From Deferribacterales bacterium (lineage in GTDB: Bacteria; Chrysiogenota; Deferribacteres; Deferribacterales; Geovibrionaceae), in the NCBI GenBank assembly GCA_050253075.1, contig JBFWJS010000006.1:32001-96000 (forward strand): 64,000 nucleotides of DNA. Direction: 5' to 3'. Shown piece after piece: positions 7,818 to 18,494 of this stretch (position 1 is the stretch's first letter; every line of letters starts with the position of its first letter). Position numbers and translations under genes: made by a program. The notes below the pieces were generated by a model, which worked only from the letters and a program-made list of their open reading frames with translations, made no database searches and was not told the origin of the DNA.

Positions 7818-9173
7818 TTATTCTTTTTCGAGTCCGTAGGCTTTTATCTTACGGTGGAGGTATGTACGCTCTATCTCGAGGATGCGGGCGGAACGGCTGA
7901 TATTCCAGTCGTTGTTCTGAAGAACGTTAAGTATATAATGTTTCTCGAAGTTTTCCTTTGCGTGTTTAAGCGGGTATTCGTATTCGACATCGTATGTCTG
8001 CTGCTGAATGCCTTTCCCCTGAATGAAATCAGGCGCATCTTCCACAGTCATCATGCTGTCTTCGGAAAGTACGACCATCCTCTCTATGAGGTTTTTGAGC
8101 TGACGCACGTTCCCGGGCCATTCAAACTGTACGAACATATACATAAGCTCCTCATCAACCTTTTTAAGCTCTAAGCCGTTGAAGGAGCAGGCTTCTTTTA
8201 TAAAATGGTTTACCAGAAGCGGGATGTCGTCGTGTCTGTCTCTCAGCGGAGGGACAACGAGCGGAACGACATTTATCCTGTAGTAAAGGTCCTCACGGAA
8301 ATTACTGTCGGATATCTCGTCTTCCAGATTCTTGTTTGTCGCCGTGATCAGTCGGAAATCTGATGTTATAGAAGTGTTTCCGCCGACTCTGGTGAAAGTG
8401 TTATTCTCTAATACTCTCAGAAGTTTCGCCTGTGCAGAGAGCTCCATGTCGCCTATTTCATCGAGGAAGACAGTGCCGTTGTCGCCCTCTTCAAATTTAC
8501 CCTTTTTCATCATGTGGGCGCCTGTGAAAGAGCCCTTTTCGTGTCCGAACATCTCGCTTTCAAGCAGTTCGGAAGGGATAGCGGCGCAGTTTATCTCTAC
8601 GAACGGGTTGCGGGAACGCTTTGAAAGCATGTGTATGAGCCTCGCAACATGCTCTTTACCCGTACCGTTTTCACCTGTGATCATAACCCATGCGTTTGTT
8701 GGCGCTATCTTTTCTATCTTTCTGCGGAGGTCAAGGAGGGGCTGGCTCGTGCCTATCAGGTCATACTTTTTGAGCTGGTCGCCTCTTGATTCACGAAGGT
8801 CACGTATTAGTTGAAATTTATCTTTTAAATGCTTGACAATAAGAAGTATTCTCTCAAGAGAAAGCGGCTTCTCAAGGAAATCGTAAGCTCCGAGCCTGAT
8901 GGCCTCCACGGCATTTTCGATATTACCGTGACCGCTGATCATGACAACCTCAAGCTCAGGGAAATACTTCTTTATCTCCTTCAGCCCGTCTATGCCGTCC
9001 TTATCAGGGAGCCAGATATCGAGAAAAAGGATGTCGAAAGACCCCTTTTTGAGCATTTTGAATCCGTCGGTGAAGTTCAGCGCGTATTCCGCTGTGTATC
9101 CTTCGTCCTCCAGAATGCCCTGAATGGTGGTACATATGCTTTTTTCGTCGTCTATGATAAGTATATTTGCCAT
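7818..9173 (-). CDS. ntrX: Sigma54-dependent response regulator (NtrX-like)
   Basis: REC domain (LDIWLP, ISGHG); AAA+ GENGTGKE, GSFTGA, WPGNVRQL; Fis HTH. Confidence 0.85.
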   Translation of the reverse strand: MANILIIDDEKSICTTIQGILEDEGYTAEYALNFTDGFKMLKKGSFDILFLDIWLPDKDGIDGLKEIKKYFPELEVVMISGHGNIENAVEAIRLGAYDFLEKPLSLERILLIVKHLKDKFQLIRDLRESRGDQLKKYDLIGTSQPLLDLRRKIEKIAPTNAWVMITGENGTGKEHVARLIHMLSKRSRNPFVEINCAAIPSELLESEMFGHEKGSFTGAHMMKKGKFEEGDNGTVFLDEIGDMELSAQAKLLRVLENNTFTRVGGNTSITSDFRLITATNKNLEDEISDSNFREDLYYRINVVPLVVPPLRDRHDDIPLLVNHFIKEACSFNGLELKKVDEELMYMFVQFEWPGNVRQLKNLIERMVVLSEDSMMTVEDAPDFIQGKGIQQQTYDVEYEYPLKHAKENFEKHYILNVLQNNDWNISRSARILEIERTYLHRKIKAYGLEKE

Positions 9174-11351
9174 CTATGCTACCTTATGAAACTCCATGAT
9201 AAATCTAGTAAATTTGCCGTATTCACTCTCTACGGTAATAGTCCCGTTGTGCACTTCTATGATCTTCTTCACTATCGCAAGTCCGAGGCCTGTCCCGTCG
9301 GGCTTTTTGCTGAAGTAAGGGATGAAGATCCTGTGCAGGTCTTCTGTCGGGATACCTTTACCGGAGTCTTCGTATATTATCCTTAATCTGTCGAGATTTT
9401 CAACAGCAGATATCCTAATTTCACCGGTATTATCCTCCATCGCATCGATGGAATTGTTTACCAGATTTATGAAAACACGCTTAAGCTGTCCTCTGTCGCC
9501 GAACATCTCGATGTCCTGACAGTCTATGTGCACCTTCACATTCGGGTGTGATACTGTATAGAAGGACGCTACCTCGTCCAAAAAGGCGCAGAACGGGAAC
9601 AGGTTCTTCTTCAGCTCGGGCAGACGGGCAAACATGTTGAACTCGTTTACGAGGGTCTGCAGACCTTCCACCTCGTTTATGATGGTCTCCATGCTGTTCA
9701 TGATGAATTCCTGAGTCTCTTCCCCTGCCCCTGTCTTTTTACGGACACGCTCCGCAGTCAGCTTTATCGGCGTCAGCGGGTTTTTTATCTCGTGGGCTAT
9801 GCGTGTGGCTATCTCTTTCCAGATATTTACACGCTGGAAGTTTAAGAGGTCGGTGATATCATCAAGCACGATAACGAGGTTTTCCGCCTTGCCTTCGTGG
9901 TCGTAAATCTTTGTTATATTTGCGGTCATTGTACGTATTTCGCTATTCAGCATCATTTCTATCTGGAATTCGAGCTCCTTATCATGTGAAAGAACAAAGG
10001 ACGACGCAGGGACGAGAACCTTTGTGTTAAAGTCGTCTCTGGCGTTGTCGATGATCTCTTCTGCGTAGTCGTTAGACTTCAGAGGCACGAGCCTGCTTGT
10101 ATAGTAAAATATTGCTGACTTTACGTTTTTAAAGATAGAGTCGATGTACTGGTTATCTCTGGCTATCTGCATGAACATCTCTGAGAGCTTCTCGTTTTTA
10201 AGATTCAGCTCGTTGTTGTGCATTTTCAGACGTTTAACCATCGAGTTGAAAGCACGGGTCATGAATGCAAGCTCATCATCCCCCAAGACCTCCACCTCTG
10301 TGTCCAGATTACCCTTTGAAACCTCTACGGATGCCGCAGCCAGCAGCTCGATGGGCTTTGTGATACTCTTGGCATATACGAGACTGCCCCATATACCGGC
10401 GAAAACCACGAGGAGCGTCATCAGTACCAGAAGCACCTTATAAGAGTTTTTCACAGGCTCTGCGAAGAACTTTGTCTGGCGGTAGTTGTTATAAGAATCG
10501 AGGATCTTCGAAACCTTATCCGCCTCGTTCACCGGTACGAGCTTATATATGAAGAGCGCACCTATGACGATGTTGTTGCTCTTGTTTGAATATATCGGAT
10601 GCCCGACCCAGTATATCTGGTCATTGCCTACGAATTCATATCTGGCTATGGATTTCTTATCGATAATATCTTTTATGATAGAGTTATTTACAAATATATT
10701 AAAATAGAAGAAGGACTTCTCCTGAGATGTTATCCGTATGTTCTGATTGTTATATACGGCGATGCCGTCTATGCGGTTTTTATCTATATAGCTGGCGGTG
10801 AATTCTTCGAGTTTGTCGTACTTTGTTTTAAAAAGATATTCACCTGACGATATGAAGCCTGAAAGGATATCCGACTGCTCCACAATATCTTTTTCCAGCC
10901 TGTTCTGATACTTCTGCATAAGGTCGATGGAGCTTTTCAGAGCCTGCTCTATCTGTGCATCGAACCATTTGTCGATACTGTTGTTTATGATGGAGCTGGA
11001 AAAGATGAAGACTACCAGAACGGGGATAACGGCTATCAGGGTGGAGAATATGACCAGCTTACCCTGAAGTCGGGTTCCGAACAGGTTCTTCTTTCTATCT
11101 ATGAACAGTTTACCCAGATTTCTAAAAATGAGTATAAGCACAACCAAAAGCAGGATTATGTTTATATTCACAAGCAGAAATATGGAAACGTTGGAATACC
11201 ACGGGAATGTAGTATTGACAATCTTTGAGCCTGCAAAGAAGTTTACGAGGATGAGGAAAGAAACAAGGATGCTGTATATTGTCAGCTTCTTGATGTTTAT
11301 AGAGCTGTTTTCTTCCTTGTGGCTGTTCTTTTTAAATTTGAATTTGATCAT
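9174..11351 (-). CDS. ntrY: Sensor histidine kinase (NtrY-like)
   Basis: Multi-TM N-terminus, HAMP, AHEIKNPLTPI H-box, G-box GTGLGL; adjacent to ntrX. Confidence 0.85.
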   Translation of the reverse strand: MIKFKFKKNSHKEENSSINIKKLTIYSILVSFLILVNFFAGSKIVNTTFPWYSNVSIFLLVNINIILLLVVLILIFRNLGKLFIDRKKNLFGTRLQGKLVIFSTLIAVIPVLVVFIFSSSIINNSIDKWFDAQIEQALKSSIDLMQKYQNRLEKDIVEQSDILSGFISSGEYLFKTKYDKLEEFTASYIDKNRIDGIAVYNNQNIRITSQEKSFFYFNIFVNNSIIKDIIDKKSIARYEFVGNDQIYWVGHPIYSNKSNNIVIGALFIYKLVPVNEADKVSKILDSYNNYRQTKFFAEPVKNSYKVLLVLMTLLVVFAGIWGSLVYAKSITKPIELLAAASVEVSKGNLDTEVEVLGDDELAFMTRAFNSMVKRLKMHNNELNLKNEKLSEMFMQIARDNQYIDSIFKNVKSAIFYYTSRLVPLKSNDYAEEIIDNARDDFNTKVLVPASSFVLSHDKELEFQIEMMLNSEIRTMTANITKIYDHEGKAENLVIVLDDITDLLNFQRVNIWKEIATRIAHEIKNPLTPIKLTAERVRKKTGAGEETQEFIMNSMETIINEVEGLQTLVNEFNMFARLPELKKNLFPFCAFLDEVASFYTVSHPNVKVHIDCQDIEMFGDRGQLKRVFINLVNNSIDAMEDNTGEIRISAVENLDRLRIIYEDSGKGIPTEDLHRIFIPYFSKKPDGTGLGLAIVKKIIEVHNGTITVESEYGKFTRFIMEFHKVA

Positions 11352-11356
11352 ACTTC

Positions 11357-12967
11357 TTAAACTTCCCGCTCAAAGATGTCCATTTCGTCCTTTTTTTCTG
11401 TTTTTATGTCTGACATATCTATTTTGACAGTTTCTTTCTTTTCAGGTTCTTCCGTTTTTTCTTCGACTAGTCCCGCAAACATATCATCATCATTTTTTTC
11501 TATTTTGACATCAGACATATCCAGCTTCTGGACTACCTTTTCCTCTTCGGCTTCGGTCTCCTCTATGTCTGCGAATATGTCTTTCTGCTCAGACTGAATT
11601 ATCTCCACATCAGACATGTCTATCTGTTCGACCTCTCTCACAGGCTCCCTTATCACCTTTGGTTCTTCGTCAAACATTGCATCCGTGACAGCCGTCGCAG
11701 GCGCGTCAAAAGCCGAAAAGATGTCTGCACCCTCTTCCGCTCCGCCGAAATCAGCGAATATGTCATTTCCCGATTCAGGCTTTGCATATTCATCAAAAAG
11801 GTCGAGACCGTCAGCATCAGGATAAACAGCCTCTGCATCGTCGAAAGCGCTCATCTCGTCTTCGGATATATTCTGAGGCTTATCGTCTATCAGGTGGGAT
11901 TCCAGCCCTTCCAATGCTGTTATCGTCAGAGGTTCGTCGGCTTGCTCGAATGTGTCGAGCCCGCTGATATCTGATGAAACATGCAGCTCGCCGTCTTTCT
12001 CATATTCGTCCAGTTCGAGCGGAGACACGTCCACATCTTCAGATACCACCGTATGGGTCTCTATCTCAAATGTTTCAGGTTCATAAGACGGTTTGACCGC
12101 TTCTTCGCCAGTTTCAATTATCGCCTCTGCCGTAGGTTCAGGCTCTGAGATTTCCTCAGTGGCTGAGTTAACCTGCTCTGACGGCAGGTTTTCTGGTGCT
12201 GCATCCCCCAGTTTCTCTACTAGCGAAGCAGTATCGGCAACAGACGCTATCCTCTGGAAAAGCTCGTCATTCTTGTTCTCGGTGAAATACCTCACCAGAG
12301 AGTCTTCTATGATGTTTATCCTGCCCTCGCCTCTGGATAGGAATTCGGGCACGACATCGATAAAATTACCGCATGAACAGCCAGACTCGGCACAGAGAAG
12401 TATGACATCGTCCTTCTCGTCCAGTGTGAACCTGTCCGAAGGGAGTATGTATCTCTTCGCCAGCTCACATGCCTTTTCAGCCTCGCCGAGTGCTATTATT
12501 TTATTCAAAAGGGATATGAGGAATTCGGGTCTTTTGAAATGCGCTCCCATCCCGAGATAAACATTTGAAGCATCTTTGAAATGTCCGCTCCTGCGCAGTA
12601 TATCGGCGGCCTTGAGCGAGCTTCGGTAAAAGCCCTTTTTATCCCCTGCCTCTTCGTATATATCTGCTATGTGGTGGTAATATTTTACCTTATCAGGGCG
12701 CATGGCCAGAAGCCGCTTTATGACGGCAACGGCCTTTGCATATTCCTTCTTTTTAAAGAAGTGATCCTTCAGCTTATAAAGATACTGTTCGCCCTTTTCG
12801 AAATTGCCGTTGATGAAGTAGATATTTGCTATCAGGTTCAGTGCCGAGTATCTGTCGGGATACATCGCCAGTATTTTTTCACAGAGGTCGAGTGCTTTTT
12901 CGTATTTACCGTCAAGATAATATTCGTGAGCGTCGTATATGGTCAGCTCTTTTGTCCCGAAAAACAT
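11357..12967 (-). CDS. TPR protein with a long acidic low-complexity C-terminus
   Basis: TPR-like helices in the first ~200 aa; D/E-rich tail with repeated (I/L)DMSD and D(I/M)F motifs. Confidence 0.75.
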   Translation of the reverse strand: MFFGTKELTIYDAHEYYLDGKYEKALDLCEKILAMYPDRYSALNLIANIYFINGNFEKGEQYLYKLKDHFFKKKEYAKAVAVIKRLLAMRPDKVKYYHHIADIYEEAGDKKGFYRSSLKAADILRRSGHFKDASNVYLGMGAHFKRPEFLISLLNKIIALGEAEKACELAKRYILPSDRFTLDEKDDVILLCAESGCSCGNFIDVVPEFLSRGEGRINIIEDSLVRYFTENKNDELFQRIASVADTASLVEKLGDAAPENLPSEQVNSATEEISEPEPTAEAIIETGEEAVKPSYEPETFEIETHTVVSEDVDVSPLELDEYEKDGELHVSSDISGLDTFEQADEPLTITALEGLESHLIDDKPQNISEDEMSAFDDAEAVYPDADGLDLFDEYAKPESGNDIFADFGGAEEGADIFSAFDAPATAVTDAMFDEEPKVIREPVREVEQIDMSDVEIIQSEQKDIFADIEETEAEEEKVVQKLDMSDVKIEKNDDDMFAGLVEEKTEEPEKKETVKIDMSDIKTEKKDEMDIFEREV

Positions 12968-13008
12968 TACACACCTGCTGCATTTGATAACTAATTATAC
13001 CAGACGTT

Positions 13009-13377
13009 TTAGTCCTGCTCCCAGTATTCTGCCGCCTGAATGTCTGTTTCCCAGACAACAACTCTGTCAGTCAGACCGCCAAAGGTTTCCTTTAGACCGT
13101 TATAGATATATCTGGCGATATTCTCGCTGGTCGGGTTGTTGGTTTTGAAGAATTCTACCTGATCGTTCAGATATTTATGATCAAGAGTATCTAGTATCTC
13201 TTTCATCCGCTTCTTCAGAATGGTGAAGTCGACGAGCATCTCTGTCTCGTCCAGCTTTTCACCTTTGAGGTATGCTTCCACCTTCCAGTTGTGCCCGTGG
13301 AGGTTTTCGCATTTCCCGTTATAGTTACGCAGGTTATGCGCTCCGCCGAACGACATAATGGCACGTACACGATACAT
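13009..13377 (-). CDS. queD: 6-carboxytetrahydropterin synthase
   Basis: AH.L..Y.GKC.NLHGHNW, DF, LDHKYLN, PTSEN, WET. Confidence 0.93.
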   Translation of the reverse strand: MYRVRAIMSFGGAHNLRNYNGKCENLHGHNWKVEAYLKGEKLDETEMLVDFTILKKRMKEILDTLDHKYLNDQVEFFKTNNPTSENIARYIYNGLKETFGGLTDRVVVWETDIQAAEYWEQD

Positions 13378-14078
13378 TAAAGCATCTCCCTCATCTCTCT
13401 GGGCGAGAATTCACGGAATTCTCCCGGCTGAAGCTCGTTGAGGTTTACAGAGCCGATACGTACCCTTTTCAGTTTTTTCACACGTACGCCGAAGTGACGG
13501 AACATGTGTCTGATCTGTCTCTTCTTCCCTTCGTGCAGTACGACCTGATATCTGTCGAAAGAGTGTACTTCCACAAGGCACTCACGGTAGTGTATCCCTT
13601 CGAATGTAATTCCCTTGCGCAGCTCGTCCACCTCGCCCTTTTTAAGCTGGCGGTTGACTGTTACGATGTATTCCTTTTCGACCTTTTCCTCTGCGTTCTG
13701 CAGTCTGCGGATGAAGTCGCCGTCGTTGCTGAATATGATAAGACCTTCACTCTCATAGTCCAGTCTGCCTGAATATGCGGGTTTTTGCTCTCTGAGGAAC
13801 GGATAAATGTCCAGAGTCTGTTTCCCCTGTCCGTCGCCGTAAGCTGTGAGGACGTCTCTAGGCTTGTAAAATGCCCAATAGAAGAAGTTCTCCTCTCCGC
13901 TGACTACGTTTCCGTCAAGAGTGACTTTGTCTTTGGCAGATATCTTCATGCCGGGGCCGTCGGGTGCTTTGCCGTTCACCCTTACGCGTCCTTCTTCGAT
14001 AGCTCTGTCGGCATCCCTGCGGGAAAGCTGTGTACGTGTAGCTAAGTATTTATTGATTCTTGTAGTTGTAGTTGTCAT
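13377..14078 (-). CDS. rluB: rRNA pseudouridine synthase (RsuA/RluB family)
   Basis: S4 domain, [18 protein letters not shown]; follows scpB with ATGA overlap. Confidence 0.85.
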   Translation of the reverse strand: MTTTTTRINKYLATRTQLSRRDADRAIEEGRVRVNGKAPDGPGMKISAKDKVTLDGNVVSGEENFFYWAFYKPRDVLTAYGDGQGKQTLDIYPFLREQKPAYSGRLDYESEGLIIFSNDGDFIRRLQNAEEKVEKEYIVTVNRQLKKGEVDELRKGITFEGIHYRECLVEVHSFDRYQVVLHEGKKRQIRHMFRHFGVRVKKLKRVRIGSVNLNELQPGEFREFSPREMREML

Positions 14079-14593
14079 TGTTTTGTTTTTAACTCCTGCC
14101 ATTCTCTGAATGTGGGCAGCTCTGATATGTCGTTTATCCCCATATATTCGAGGAAATACTTCGTAGTGCTGTAAAGGAGCGGTCTGCCCGGAACGTCCTT
14201 CCTGCCTGTTACTTTTACAAGGTTCTTTTCCAGCAGATAGCGGACTGTCCCTGAGGAGTTCACCCCGCGTATCTCGTCTATCTCAAGCCTTGTGATAGGC
14301 TGTTTATAGGCTATTATTGCAGATGTTTCGAGTGACGCACGGCTGAGCGCCTCGGTCTTTTCACCGAAGAAGGGCTCGAGCTCTCCGAGGAGGTCTTTGT
14401 CCGTCACCATCTGGAATCCGCCTGAAACCATACGGATGCGCATGCCCAGCTCCAGCTTGTTAAAGTCTTCGACATAGCTTATAAGCCTGTTTTCAAGGTT
14501 TATAGGGTCGAACACCTTTCTGAAGAACTTTTTATCCAGAGGTGAACCTGAAAGAAAGAGTGAGGTGTAAAATATCTTTTTCTCTCTATCCAT
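14075..14593 (-). CDS. scpB: SMC-Scp complex subunit ScpB
   Basis: [32 protein letters not shown]. Confidence 0.93.
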   Translation of the reverse strand: MDREKKIFYTSLFLSGSPLDKKFFRKVFDPINLENRLISYVEDFNKLELGMRIRMVSGGFQMVTDKDLLGELEPFFGEKTEALSRASLETSAIIAYKQPITRLEIDEIRGVNSSGTVRYLLEKNLVKVTGRKDVPGRPLLYSTTKYFLEYMGINDISELPTFREWQELKTKQ

Positions 14594-15308
14594 CTGCATC
14601 CTCCGCTGCGCATATTTCTATTACTATCTCTCCGAATGTCTCTGCCTGCATGGCCTGAATGAACTTCAGCCTCATGAGCTCCAGCACTGCGAGGAGAGAT
14701 ATAACAACTTCTCTTCTGCTGACACATGTTTTCACTATGTCTGTCCAAAAGAGCTTATGTTTTTCAAAGACTATTTCTTTAATCTTTATAATGATATCTG
14801 CGACGTCCACTATGTCTTTCTCGACCTTCATGGGCTTCACGTCGGCCTTTTCGAGAAGCGCGAAAAAGGCGTTTGCTATGCTGTACGGGTCTTCGGTCTG
14901 TATCTCTTCCTTCGGGAGGAAGATAGTGTTCGAACGCATGAGGAACTTGCCCGATTCAGTCTCCATAATGCGGAGATGCTCGGCGACATCCTTGTAAAAC
15001 GAATACTCAACAAGCCTCTGGGTGAGCATGAACTTCTCCTCTTCGGGGTCCATCTCTTCCTCGGCATAGATATCCTTCGGCAGGAGCATGCGGGATTTGA
15101 GATATATGAGGTATGACGCCATGTTTATAAACTCGGCAGCCACCTCAATATCCAGCTTCTCCATCTCGTTTACCGCTTCGACAAACTGCTCGGCGATGAA
15201 TGCGATAGGGATATCGTAAATGTTCAGTTCGTTTTTGTATATCAGGTGGATAAGCAGGTCGAGAGGTCCCTCGAAGTTATCCAGCCTGACATCAAGGAGT
15301 CTGCTCAT
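14586..15308 (-). CDS. scpA: Segregation/condensation protein ScpA
   Basis: [21 protein letters not shown]. Confidence 0.93.
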   Translation of the reverse strand: MSRLLDVRLDNFEGPLDLLIHLIYKNELNIYDIPIAFIAEQFVEAVNEMEKLDIEVAAEFINMASYLIYLKSRMLLPKDIYAEEEMDPEEEKFMLTQRLVEYSFYKDVAEHLRIMETESGKFLMRSNTIFLPKEEIQTEDPYSIANAFFALLEKADVKPMKVEKDIVDVADIIIKIKEIVFEKHKLFWTDIVKTCVSRREVVISLLAVLELMRLKFIQAMQAETFGEIVIEICAAEDADG

Positions 15309-16285
15309 ATCTTGAGTGCTTTCCTCACTTTATCCATCATTATGGCTGATTGGGCGCAGGCTTTCTCCTGCATAGGTTTGAGGAATTCGTCGATGTCTGT
15401 TATCTCCGCCTCAAACTTGCTTCTGCGTTCCTGTATAGGCTCCAGAAGAGCAAACATGTGCTTCATCAGTATCTTTTTACAGTCCATACATCCCATCGTA
15501 GCCTTTGTACAGCCTTCGGTTATCTCTGCACGCTCTTCCTCTGTGCTGAATACCTTGTGGTAGTCAAACACGGGGCAGAGAGCAGGATCGCCCGGGTCTG
15601 TGAGACGCTGACGGTTTGTATCTGTTTTCATTCTTTTAAGTTTTGTTTCGACCTCTTTGAGATCCTCGGAGAGAGTGATGGCATTGCCGTAGCTTTTGCT
15701 CATCTTACGTCCGTCGAGACCTGGGAGTCTCGGCACTTCGGTGAGAAGCCCCTTCGGCTCTGTGAATGTCTCGCATTTATACAGATGGTGAAACCTGCGT
15801 GCTATCTCTCTGCATATCTCGAGGTGCGGGAGCTGATCCTCGCCCACAGGAACATACTTCGCATCATAAAGCAGTATGTCCGCTGTCATGATGACGGGAT
15901 AGCTGAGGAATCCGAGGTTAGACAGGTCTTTGTTTGTCTGCTCCTGTCTGATCTCTTTATATGTGGGGCATCGCTCCAGCCACGGCACAGGTGTTATCAT
16001 CGAGAGCAGAAGCATGAGCTCTGCATGGTCTCTGTTGTGCGACTGTACGAACATTGTGCATTTTTCAGGATCAAGACCGACACTTAGCCAGTCGAGAACA
16101 AGCTGTTTTCTGTTTTCTATGATATCTTCGGGATCTTCGTAGTTAGTTGTGAGGGCGTGCCAGTCAGCGACGAAGTAGTAACAGTCGTATTTGTCCTGAA
16201 GGTCGACCCAGTTCTTGAGTGCGCCGTAGTAGTGACCTATGTGGAGTCTCCCCGTGGGGCGCATTCCGCTTAAAACCTTATCCAT
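15305..16285 (-). CDS. trpS: Tryptophanyl-tRNA synthetase
   Basis: SGMRPTG.LHIGH, VPVGEDQ, KMSKS. Confidence 0.96.
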   Translation of the reverse strand: MDKVLSGMRPTGRLHIGHYYGALKNWVDLQDKYDCYYFVADWHALTTNYEDPEDIIENRKQLVLDWLSVGLDPEKCTMFVQSHNRDHAELMLLLSMITPVPWLERCPTYKEIRQEQTNKDLSNLGFLSYPVIMTADILLYDAKYVPVGEDQLPHLEICREIARRFHHLYKCETFTEPKGLLTEVPRLPGLDGRKMSKSYGNAITLSEDLKEVETKLKRMKTDTNRQRLTDPGDPALCPVFDYHKVFSTEEERAEITEGCTKATMGCMDCKKILMKHMFALLEPIQERRSKFEAEITDIDEFLKPMQEKACAQSAIMMDKVRKALKI

Positions 16286-16299
16286 AAATCCATTTACCT

Positions 16300-16941
16300 C
16301 TATAGTAGTATGTTTAATATAACGTTCATTATTGGTAGTATGATAGCATCAATCGTGCGTGTAAGAAAGAGCACAATAAGGATGATAAAGCCGTAGCGCT
16401 CTATCTTTGAGAAAGCCACAGCCTGATTATAAGGCAGGAGCGACTGCACGATACGTCCGCCGTCCAGAGGAGGTATCGGCATCAGATTAAAAATGAACAG
16501 AGCGACATTTATCCTCACTGAAAGGGAGAGCATACCGTAGACAGGCACAGCCACCTTCATAGCAAGTGAGCCCTGCTCCACCTGCATTCCGTCCATCATA
16601 TGCAGACCTACAGCCGATATCACGGCCAATATCAGGTTTGAAAAAGGACCTGCGAAAGAGACTATGGCGGGGCCGTACTTTCTGTTCTTATGCAGTTTGC
16701 CGAAGTTGACTGGGACAGGCTTTGCCCATCCGAACAGGCGTGTGACCACAAGGAAAAGTATGCCGATAGGGTCTATGTGAGAGAGCGGATTAAGCGTGAG
16801 CCGCCCTGCTCTCTTTGCTGTGTCGTCACCCAGCATATATGCGCTGAGTCCATGCGAGAATTCATGCACGGTTATAGCCAGCATGAATGGAACTATCGCA
16901 AGTGTTATAAATTTTACGTATTCTGCTATCTGTATATCCAT
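16300..16941 (-). CDS. Site-2 protease (M50 family)
   Basis: HEFSH, AGPFSN, FNLMPIPPLDG. Confidence 0.9.
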   Translation of the reverse strand: MDIQIAEYVKFITLAIVPFMLAITVHEFSHGLSAYMLGDDTAKRAGRLTLNPLSHIDPIGILFLVVTRLFGWAKPVPVNFGKLHKNRKYGPAIVSFAGPFSNLILAVISAVGLHMMDGMQVEQGSLAMKVAVPVYGMLSLSVRINVALFIFNLMPIPPLDGGRIVQSLLPYNQAVAFSKIERYGFIILIVLFLTRTIDAIILPIMNVILNILL

Positions 16942-17201
16942 CAATATTTTTTAACATCCTTACATAGCGAAGTCAAAGTATTTAAAACACTGGCTTTCGC
17001 ATAAATTTAAATCGTCTTTTGCCCTGTTTCAGACAGACAGATATCTGCATAAATCAGGATGCCTGTTTTGCTTTAATATATACAGAAAACAAGTTTATCC
17101 AATGTTATTTTTGTGTAAAAAATTCTCTCTATGTAAACTTTCCTCTTTACTTATAATGTAAGCTAACTATTTTTAATTATATTGATTCAGGAGATCTTAT
17201 T

Positions 17202-18494
17202 ATGGCAATGATTTCGCATAAGAGTATCTTTGATAAGCTGAGCCTCGATCTTTGGCTCGGTTCGGCAGAACTAAAGAATATGCTTTATGAGATGGACGTT
17301 CCTGCGTTCATCGATTATCTGCGTGCCCGCAACATTTCCCTTTTTACTATCCCGCATACCCTCCACGGAGACCTCTGCGACATGAACGGCAAGGTGCTGA
17401 TAAGCAACGGCCAGAATGTGGTGGACAGGCTTAAAATGCTCCTTGAGCGGTATATGAATGACAAAAACTTTCATACTATGCCGCTTTGCTTCATGCCTGA
17501 TGAAAAGCTCGTCAGCCATTACCGCTTTCAGATGAAGAGTATCATCATGCAGGAGATACAGTCCGCACTGGTAAAGCACCCGAAGCTCAGCTTTCTGTAT
17601 AAGCAGCAGATGAGCAGACAGGACAGCACATTCGATCAGCTGGCTGAATTCATAGACCATGTGACAGATACGCCCAGAGGGATCAATATCTGCCTGAACT
17701 ATATAGTAAACCTCAAGGCAAACCATCATCTCTTCACAAAGACGGCGGCCTCCTCTTTCCTTTCGCTCCTCTTCGGCAAACCCTATTTTGCGAAAGTGCG
17801 CCCTGCGGAAAAGGATCAATACATCAACAAGCTGATGTGCGCGTGCTTTTTCCAGAGTTCACACGAGCTTTCGGATGAGAAACAGGATGCCAGTCAGCAG
17901 GAAAAGGCTCTTAACTCTGCATCCATAACAAACGACGTCTGCGACTGCCCACGCACCACCGACGCCGTGGCGAAACTTCGGGAACACCACAAAGGGAGGA
18001 TAAAGCCTCTGTTCAAAGAAAAAGAGAATGCCGAGAATGATTTTCTAAAGATAATGAGTTCTGTAAACCTATTTCTCGGGGTGATGGAGAGCAATAATTT
18101 TATGCCCGCAAATATCGAGGCGCATAAATCCATGTATTACCTTGCAGAGTCAGGATACGCCAGCCGTGACATAGTCGACATACAGGGTCAGGTTCTCCTG
18201 CCGAATATAAAGGCAAGGATACTCTCATACGCCAATGCGATAAAAGAGAAAGCCACATGCAGCCCTGTCATATGGGGGCTCTCGGGGGATATGATACCAA
18301 TCAAGGTGATATGCGACAGAGAGGACTGTGCCCACATCGGACAGCATAAAACACTGATCCCCGAACGTGTTAAGGTGAAAGCTGATTATGTATATGATAC
18401 AGATATTTACTCAGGTATATATTATACCTGCAACCTGCTGACGAACAAGCTGAGGGATTATTATAAATCCCAGATCAAAGCACCTACGGCGTGA
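17202..18494 (+). CDS. Hypothetical protein; degenerate HD-GYP-like architecture with Cys-rich C-terminus
   Basis: 430-aa ORF with RBS AGGAG; family resemblance judged by eye. Confidence 0.7.
   Translation: MAMISHKSIFDKLSLDLWLGSAELKNMLYEMDVPAFIDYLRARNISLFTIPHTLHGDLCDMNGKVLISNGQNVVDRLKMLLERYMNDKNFHTMPLCFMPDEKLVSHYRFQMKSIIMQEIQSALVKHPKLSFLYKQQMSRQDSTFDQLAEFIDHVTDTPRGINICLNYIVNLKANHHLFTKTAASSFLSLLFGKPYFAKVRPAEKDQYINKLMCACFFQSSHELSDEKQDASQQEKALNSASITNDVCDCPRTTDAVAKLREHHKGRIKPLFKEKENAENDFLKIMSSVNLFLGVMESNNFMPANIEAHKSMYYLAESGYASRDIVDIQGQVLLPNIKARILSYANAIKEKATCSPVIWGLSGDMIPIKVICDREDCAHIGQHKTLIPERVKVKADYVYDTDIYSGIYYTCNLLTNKLRDYYKSQIKAPTA

Noticed and set aside
14058..14078. Poly-Thr run at the RluB N-terminus as an attenuator peptide or phase-variable tract
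   Set aside because: It is a short mixed-codon run fused in frame to the enzyme, with no terminator structure.
13370..16300. preQ1 riboswitch before queD or T-box before trpS
   Set aside because: queD overlaps rluB and trpS has only a 14-bp gap; no motif was seen.
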